Assembly (NCBI GenBank): GCA_944385125.1
Contig: CALWVZ010000005.1
Location: forward strand, 74-64,073
From: an uncultured Oscillospiraceae bacterium
GTDB lineage: Bacteria > Bacillota > Clostridia > Oscillospirales > Oscillospiraceae
Direction of reading: 5' to 3'
DNA: 64,000 nucleotides
The position numbers and the translations under genes were made by a program. Numbering within the stretch: the first letter of the stretch is position 1; the number at the start of each line of letters is the position of its first letter. This document shows positions 56,399-64,000 of this stretch, in pieces. Under the pieces are notes generated by a model. That model made no database searches. It worked only from the letters and a program-made list of their open reading frames with translations, and was not told the DNA's origin.

Positions 56399-57712
56399 AT
56401 GAACAAAAGATTAGTAGTTTTTTTGCTTTGCTTGGCGCTGAGCGTGGGGCTTGTCACCTGGCTCATAAGCCTTGACGATAAAAAGGAAAGTCCCCCTGCC
56501 GCTCCTGTGGCAACGGCGGAGGCTGCAGAGCCTTCCCCGGAGCAGAGCGCAGAGCCTACAGCTATACCCCTTGAGCCTATATCCGACGCTAAGTTGAGGG
56601 AATATAAAGATAATGCTCTTGCTGCAATGGAATCCACCAGAGAGGTTTATCAAGCCGCAGACAAGGGTTCATCTTCCAATGTCGTCCTTTCAGAGGAGAC
56701 CGTAGCCCAGATGCTCAACGCTCTGGGAGCCGCCGGATATACTGCGGTAGACTATTTCGGGAACCTCAATGTGCAAAACGCTCAGCCTCTTATAGATTTT
56801 GGCAATGCCGTCAATGCCGGTGTTGAGGGGGAAGCCTGCTACTATGTAGTGCACTCCGACGGGACGCTCCATGCAAATAATCTGGCCTATAAAAACACCG
56901 TTGCCTCCGTTACGACAGTTTCCGTTGACTGGGATGACAAGGGCCAGGCCAATGTATATTCCACAGGCCAGTATGCCCTCACAAAGCTGGAGCTCACGGC
57001 CAAAGGCTGGCTCATATGCACCAGAGATTCCGGCTCCGGCGGTTCGACATGGGCGGTGAACGGCAATGCCTATACCTTTCTGCGGCTTACGCCCTATGAC
57101 GATGCCCTGCGGCAGCTGGCAGAAAAATATATGGGCGCTCAGGCCTACTCGGAGAATAACCTCTTTACCTGCACCTGGAGCACCTCAGACTTCGGTCAGC
57201 TGGATTTCAACAGCTTGTTCCCGATCCTTTATAGCCGCTATTACGGCACCGTGCCTCTGACCGGCAGCAACATGGGCTACATTGCAGGTTTTGAAACTGT
57301 CCCGGACAGCGACCTGTACATTGCGCCCTATGAACAGTTCCAGGAAGTTATATGCAGCTATTTTGATATAGATGTGGATACCCTCCGATGGCTTTCCGAC
57401 GACAATTCCTCTTACGGCGGTTATTATGTCTTGGGTACCGCCCAGAAGTATTACAACAATATAACTCCCAAGGTCCCCAGTCCTGAAGTGACGGATTACT
57501 GGTACAACTCCGACGGCAGCATCACCATGAAGGTGGATGCAGTCTATCCGGCCTACGGCACCGACTGCGCCTTCACCCATGAGCTTACCGTGATGGAGAC
57601 TGAGGACGGATTCAAATACCTGTCCAACTATCTTTACGAGTCGGAAAACAACATCATCCCCGAGCTGGTACTGAGAAGCGAGAGAAAGAACCGCATTGCC
57701 GCCGTGGAGTGA
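56399..57712 (+). CDS. Hypothetical membrane-anchored extracytoplasmic protein
   Basis: ATG 56399 follows GGAGG. N-terminal TM anchor LVVFLLCLALSVGLVTWLI, a Pro/Ala/Glu-rich linker, then an ~370-aa domain with no motif I recognise. Confidence 0.6.
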   Translation: MNKRLVVFLLCLALSVGLVTWLISLDDKKESPPAAPVATAEAAEPSPEQSAEPTAIPLEPISDAKLREYKDNALAAMESTREVYQAADKGSSSNVVLSEETVAQMLNALGAAGYTAVDYFGNLNVQNAQPLIDFGNAVNAGVEGEACYYVVHSDGTLHANNLAYKNTVASVTTVSVDWDDKGQANVYSTGQYALTKLELTAKGWLICTRDSGSGGSTWAVNGNAYTFLRLTPYDDALRQLAEKYMGAQAYSENNLFTCTWSTSDFGQLDFNSLFPILYSRYYGTVPLTGSNMGYIAGFETVPDSDLYIAPYEQFQEVICSYFDIDVDTLRWLSDDNSSYGGYYVLGTAQKYYNNITPKVPSPEVTDYWYNSDGSITMKVDAVYPAYGTDCAFTHELTVMETEDGFKYLSNYLYESENNIIPELVLRSERKNRIAAVE

Positions 57713-57726
57713 GGACAAAGGACAAA

Positions 57727-57762
57727 AGACAGCAGAGACAAAATGCTCTGCTGTCTTTTTGC
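57727..57762. terminator. Bidirectional terminator shared by the upstream CDS and rnpB
   Basis: AGACAGCAGAG / CTCTGCTGTCT stem. TTTTTGC follows on the + strand and TTTTGTCC on the - strand. Confidence 0.7.
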
Positions 57763-57787
57763 TGCCTTGGCAGGCGGCTCGTTTAGT

Positions 57788-58145
57788 TGTGGATGAGCAG
57801 GCCTGTAAGCCGGGTTCTGTTAAAAACGACCATCTATCTAGGCCCGCCGTTGCCGGCGGGCTCAAGCCACCTCCTGAGGACGGCCGGGCCGGCCATATGT
57901 CCTCCCACGGTGTTGCTCCGGATAGAGTTTACAGCATCTCCATGTCTCCATGGGACGAGTGAGCTCTTACCTCACTTTTCCACCCTTACCGCCAGACTTA
58001 AGCTGACGGCGGTATATCTCTGTTGCACTTGTCCGAGGGTCACCCCTGGCGGGCGTTACCCGTTATCCTTGCCCTGTGGAGCCCGGACTTTCCTCATGCA
58101 CAGGCTTTCGCCTTATGCCCGCGGTCGTTCGGCCTGCTCATTGGC
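57788..58145 (-). ncRNA. rnpB: RNase P RNA (bacterial type A)
   Basis: Minus strand reads ...GAGGAAAGTCCGGGCTCCACAGGGCA... (P4/CR-I), GGGTAACGCCC, GTGCAACAGAGA, GGTAAGAGCTCAC (P14-like) and ACAGAACCCGGCTTACAG (CR-V). The P1 helix forms between ATGAGCAGGCC (5') and GGCCTGCTCAT (3'). End coordinates are approximate, within a few nt. Confidence 0.92.
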
Positions 58146-58147
58146 TT

Positions 58148-58176
58148 ATTGTAACCATTTTATCCCGGCAAGTCAA
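58148..58176 (-). promoter_or_regulatory. Sigma-A-type promoter for rnpB
   Basis: Minus strand reads TTGACT-17 nt-TACAAT, ending 6-7 nt before the predicted P1 5' strand. Confidence 0.6.
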
Positions 58177-58185
58177 TAAATTTTC

Positions 58186-58214
58186 TTGTAAAGCGGAGAG
58201 AAAAGCTATATAAT
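58186..58214 (+). promoter_or_regulatory. Sigma-A-type promoter for murD
   Basis: TTGTAA-17 nt-TATAAT, 35 nt upstream of the murD ATG. Back-to-back with the rnpB promoter. Confidence 0.45.
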
Positions 58215-58248
58215 ATTATAGATTGAATAAAAAATGCGAGGTGTTTAA

Positions 58249-59631
58249 ATGACACTCAGGGAATATATAGGCAGCCTAAAGGATAAGCGCATAGCCGTAA
58301 TAGGCATAGGCGTGAGCAACGAACCCTTGACGGAGCTGCTTTTGAAAAGCGGCTGCCATGTCACCGCCTGTGACAGGCGCAGCCTGGAGGAGATGGGCGA
58401 CGAGGGCCGGAAGCTTCTGGACATGGGCGCTCAGCTGAAGCTGGGGGAAGATTACCTGGAAGACCTTGATCAGGATATAATCTTCCGCACCCCGGGACTT
58501 ATGCCCTTTGACCCCCATCTGGAGGCGGCCAAGGCCCGGGGCAGCGTAGTTACCTCAGAGATGGAGGTGTTCATGGCCCTCTGTCCCTGCCCTATAATAG
58601 CCGTTACCGGCAGCGACGGCAAGACCACTACCAGCACAATAATCTCCGAGCTGCTGAAAGCCGCCGGCTATAATGTCCACCTGGGGGGCAACATCGGCCA
58701 TCCGCTGCTGTGTGAGACCGGGGAGATCGGGCCCGGGGACATCGCTGTCCTGGAGCTCAGCTCTTTCCAGCTGCACAGCATGAGCTGCTGTCCTGACGTA
58801 GCCGTTATAACAAATCTCAGTCCCAACCACCTGGATAAGCATAAAGACTTTCAGGACTATATGGATGCAAAACTGAACATTTTCATAAATCAGGAAGAAG
58901 ACCGGCGTCTGATACTGAATCTGGACGACAGCCACAGCAAGTATTATGCCTCCCGTGCCAACTCCTCTATAAGTTACTTTACCGACAGGGGAGAGGTGGA
59001 AAACGGAGCTCTGTGCAGTGCAGGCGTAATATACAGAGTCTCCGGCGGGCAGCGCCGCCTAGTGATGAAGGCCTCCGAGATAAAGCTGCCCGGGGAGCAC
59101 AATCTCCTGAACTATCTGGCGGCCTTTGCCGCCGTGGAAGGCAGAGTGGATGACGAGATCTGCGCCCGGGTGGCAAGGACCTTTGCCGGAGTGGAACACC
59201 GTCTGGAGCAGGTGAGAGTGCTCCGGGGCGTCACCTACATAAACGACTCCATAGGCACCAGCCCCACCAGGACCTCAGCGGGGCTGCATGCTTTGAAGAC
59301 CAAGCCCATAGTCATAGCCGGGGGCTATGATAAGCACCTTAGTTTCGATGGTCTGGGAGATGAACTGTGCCTGCTGTCAAAGAGAGTATTTTTGACCGGG
59401 GCCACAGCCGAAAAAATTAAGGCGGCGATAATTGCATCCAGGTATTATGAAAACTCCGGCCTTCAGGTGGAGACAATCGACGATTTCAAGGAAACTGTGC
59501 TGGCCGCAGCCGCAGCCGCCCGGGAAGGTGACATAGTGCTGCTCTCACCCGCCTGCGCCGCCTTTGACCGCTTCAAGAATTTTATGGAGCGGGGCAAATA
59601 CTTTAAAGAGATAGTAATGGAGCTGAAATAA
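58249..59631 (+). CDS. murD: UDP-N-acetylmuramoyl-L-alanine--D-glutamate ligase
   Basis: Mur ligase P-loop VTGSDGKTTT. N-terminal Rossmann IAVIGIGVSN. 460 aa. Confidence 0.93.
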   Translation: MTLREYIGSLKDKRIAVIGIGVSNEPLTELLLKSGCHVTACDRRSLEEMGDEGRKLLDMGAQLKLGEDYLEDLDQDIIFRTPGLMPFDPHLEAAKARGSVVTSEMEVFMALCPCPIIAVTGSDGKTTTSTIISELLKAAGYNVHLGGNIGHPLLCETGEIGPGDIAVLELSSFQLHSMSCCPDVAVITNLSPNHLDKHKDFQDYMDAKLNIFINQEEDRRLILNLDDSHSKYYASRANSSISYFTDRGEVENGALCSAGVIYRVSGGQRRLVMKASEIKLPGEHNLLNYLAAFAAVEGRVDDEICARVARTFAGVEHRLEQVRVLRGVTYINDSIGTSPTRTSAGLHALKTKPIVIAGGYDKHLSFDGLGDELCLLSKRVFLTGATAEKIKAAIIASRYYENSGLQVETIDDFKETVLAAAAAAREGDIVLLSPACAAFDRFKNFMERGKYFKEIVMELK

Positions 59632-59632
59632 A

Positions 59633-60889
59633 ATGAAGATATCCGATATACGCCCTGAAGTATACGATATGGCCCGTCGGGCCCAGGAAAAGATAAAACC
59701 CCGTTTCGATGCAATTGACGCTGTGGCGGAAGTGAATACCCGCCGGGTGATGGAGGCCTTTCAGGACAATAGGGTATCCGATGCCTGCTTTGCCGGCACC
59801 ACCGGCTATGGCTATGACGACCTGGGCAGAGATACCCTGGATAAGATATACGCTCAGATTTTCGGCACCGAGGCAGCCTTGGTGCGCATAGGCTTTGTAA
59901 ACGGCACCCACGCTCTCAGCGCCGCCATGTATGCCTTGGTAAAGCCTGGAGATACTATCCTGGCCGCTACCGGCATACCCTATGACACTCTGCGCACTGC
60001 CATAGGTATAAATGGAGCTGAACACGGCTCTTTGAAGTTTTACGGCATTGACTATGCCCAGGTGGATATGACGCCGGAAGGCGAGCCGGATTATAAGGCC
60101 ATAGCCGAGGCCGCATCGGACCCCAAGGTCAGCGCCGTTATGATACAGCGTTCCCGTGGATATGAGGACAGGAAAGCCTTGTCCGTGGAGGAGATAGCCA
60201 AAATATGCCGCTGCGTAAAAGAGGCAAACCCCAAGGTAAAGATCATGGTTGACAACTGCTACGGCGAGTTCACCGATACGCTGGAGCCCAGCCATGTGGG
60301 GGCGGATATCATAGCCGGCTCCCTTATCAAAAACCCCGGCGGAGGCCTGGCCCCTACCGGCGGATATATTGCCGGCAAAAAGGAGCTGGTGGACAGAGCT
60401 GCCATGCGCCTGACCACTCCCGGCATAGGAGGGGAGTGCGGTTCAACTCTCGGCAATAACCGGCTGCTGTTCCAGGGACTTTTTATGGCTCCCCATATCG
60501 TGGCCCAGGCGCTGAAGACGGCGGTGTTCTGCGCCGCAATGATGGAAGAGCTGGGCCTGGAGAGCTCCCCGAGCGTCGAGGAAAAGCGTTCCGATATAAT
60601 CCAGATGGTAAAGCTGGGCTCCCCGGAGAACATGAAATGTTTCTGTCTGGGAATACAGGCGGGAGCTCCCGTGGACTCTTATGTGACCCCGGAGCCCTGG
60701 CCCATGCCGGGCTACAACTGCCCGGTCATAATGGCGGCAGGCAGTTTTGTTCAAGGCTCATCCATTGAGCTCTCAGCCGACGGCCCAATGCGGGAGCCCT
60801 ACACCGTGTATATGCAGGGCGGGCTTACCTACGAATCCGGCAAGCTGGGAATAATGATGGCGGTAAGTGCCATGTTGGAGGATAAATAA
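59633..60889 (+). CDS. YnbB / 'aluminium resistance' family PLP-dependent enzyme (methionine gamma-lyase-like fold)
   Basis: 418 aa. TTGYGYDDLGRD and SLIKNPGGGLAPTGGYI are characteristic of the family as I recall it. Confidence 0.7.
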   Translation: MKISDIRPEVYDMARRAQEKIKPRFDAIDAVAEVNTRRVMEAFQDNRVSDACFAGTTGYGYDDLGRDTLDKIYAQIFGTEAALVRIGFVNGTHALSAAMYALVKPGDTILAATGIPYDTLRTAIGINGAEHGSLKFYGIDYAQVDMTPEGEPDYKAIAEAASDPKVSAVMIQRSRGYEDRKALSVEEIAKICRCVKEANPKVKIMVDNCYGEFTDTLEPSHVGADIIAGSLIKNPGGGLAPTGGYIAGKKELVDRAAMRLTTPGIGGECGSTLGNNRLLFQGLFMAPHIVAQALKTAVFCAAMMEELGLESSPSVEEKRSDIIQMVKLGSPENMKCFCLGIQAGAPVDSYVTPEPWPMPGYNCPVIMAAGSFVQGSSIELSADGPMREPYTVYMQGGLTYESGKLGIMMAVSAMLEDK

Positions 60890-60916
60890 ACATATAATGC
60901 ATGGGGAGGTGTCTCC

Positions 60917-63590
<2,674 letters not shown>

Positions 63591-63640
63591 AGCCTAGGCC
63601 GTTCAGAAATGCGGCGGCAAGCAAATATGATGTGATGCCT

Positions 63641-63668
63641 AAAGGCGCCGGATCTTTCCGGCGCCTTT
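63641..63668 (+). terminator. Putative terminator after ligA
   Basis: AAAGGCGCCGGA-TCTT-TCCGGCGCCTTT perfect 12-bp stem. The only T run is the TTT at the end of the 3' arm. Confidence 0.55.
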
Positions 63669-63735
63669 AACAATATCCCGGCTTTTGGCATAATATGCCT
63701 TGAGGTCCCCCCTAGTATAAACTGGAGGAATAAAA

Positions 63736-64000
63736 TTGGATAGAAAAGAAAACAGAATGGATTATAAATGCGGCTCACTGCCGGGAAATGCGCCTTTGGC
63801 CATGGCCTATGTGCCCTTGCAGGACAGCGCAAGCCCCAGCTATGAGAGCATAGAGGCCCTGTCCCGGGGCACTCTGTTCCCCGGGCTGGACCTGCCGCTT
63901 ATGAATATAGTGAACGACGATCTTCAGGCCTGCCCGATGACGGAGCTTATGGCCATTGATTTTGTGGCCGACGAGCTGGAGCTCTATCTGGATACCCACT
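63736..64000 (+). CDS. cotJA: Spore coat-associated CotJA-like protein continuing in frame into a CotJB-like segment; 3' end cut by window edge
   Basis: Open frame to the window end. LAMAYVPLQDSASPSYESIEALSRGTLFPGLDLP matches the CotJA pattern. ELMAIDFVADELELYLDTH matches the CotJB N-terminal pattern. TTG 63736 is 6 nt after GGAGGA; ATG 63757 is an alternative start. Confidence 0.65.
   Translation, partial: MDRKENRMDYKCGSLPGNAPLAMAYVPLQDSASPSYESIEALSRGTLFPGLDLPLMNIVNDDLQACPMTELMAIDFVADELELYLDTH

Noticed and set aside
57696-58179. Track ORFs 57696-57962 (+), 57787-58179 (+) and the 5' part of 57185-57865 (-)
   Set aside because: The region is explained by the RNase P RNA gene and its terminator. 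The translations are Pro/Arg/Cys-rich nonsense.

Overview
This 64-kb window looks like core chromosome from a spore-forming Firmicute, probably Clostridia-like. By eye, the coding sequence is moderately GC-rich with frequent ATA-Ile codons; none of this was computed. Nearly all genes are housekeeping and sit on the + strand. In order they are: livG/livF, prfA, a TsaC-CoaE fusion, an M18 aminopeptidase, tepA, uppP, ftsK, mrnC and rqcH. A minus-strand block follows (hypothetical, PAP2 phosphatase, MoxR-DUF58-transglutaminase) with a divergent SLH/cadherin-like protein. Next come uvrB, polA, rimI, tsaD, radC, a lone tRNA-Thr(CGT), a MATE/TetR pair, ybaK, uvrA, recD2, comFC, mreB, ispD/ispF, a DUF3343 plus cysteine-desulfurase pair, and cdaA-cdaR-rseC. 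After that is a block syntenic with the B. subtilis yloC...spoVM region (yicC, remA, gmk, rpoZ, priA, def, fmt, rsmB, rlmN, stp, prkC, rsgA). The window ends with yebC, a type-A RNase P RNA on the minus strand, murD, a YnbB-like PLP enzyme, yunB, ligA and the start of a cotJ gene. I found no defence island, mobile element, CRISPR array or other clear multi-gene novel system. The items most worth follow-up are: (1) an unlisted 20-codon spoVM gene and a 50-codon membrane micro-ORF between rsgA and a SipL-like DUF3794/LysM gene; (2) the TsaC-CoaE gene fusion; (3) a cdaA-cdaR operon whose third gene is an RseC-like 4-Cys membrane protein rather than glmM; (4) a roughly 400-bp AT-rich, repeat-dense non-coding region upstream of the tRNA; and (5) an apparent in-frame CotJA-CotJB fusion at the window edge. 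Most long minus-strand ORFs in the supplied track are antisense shadows of + strand genes and were rejected.
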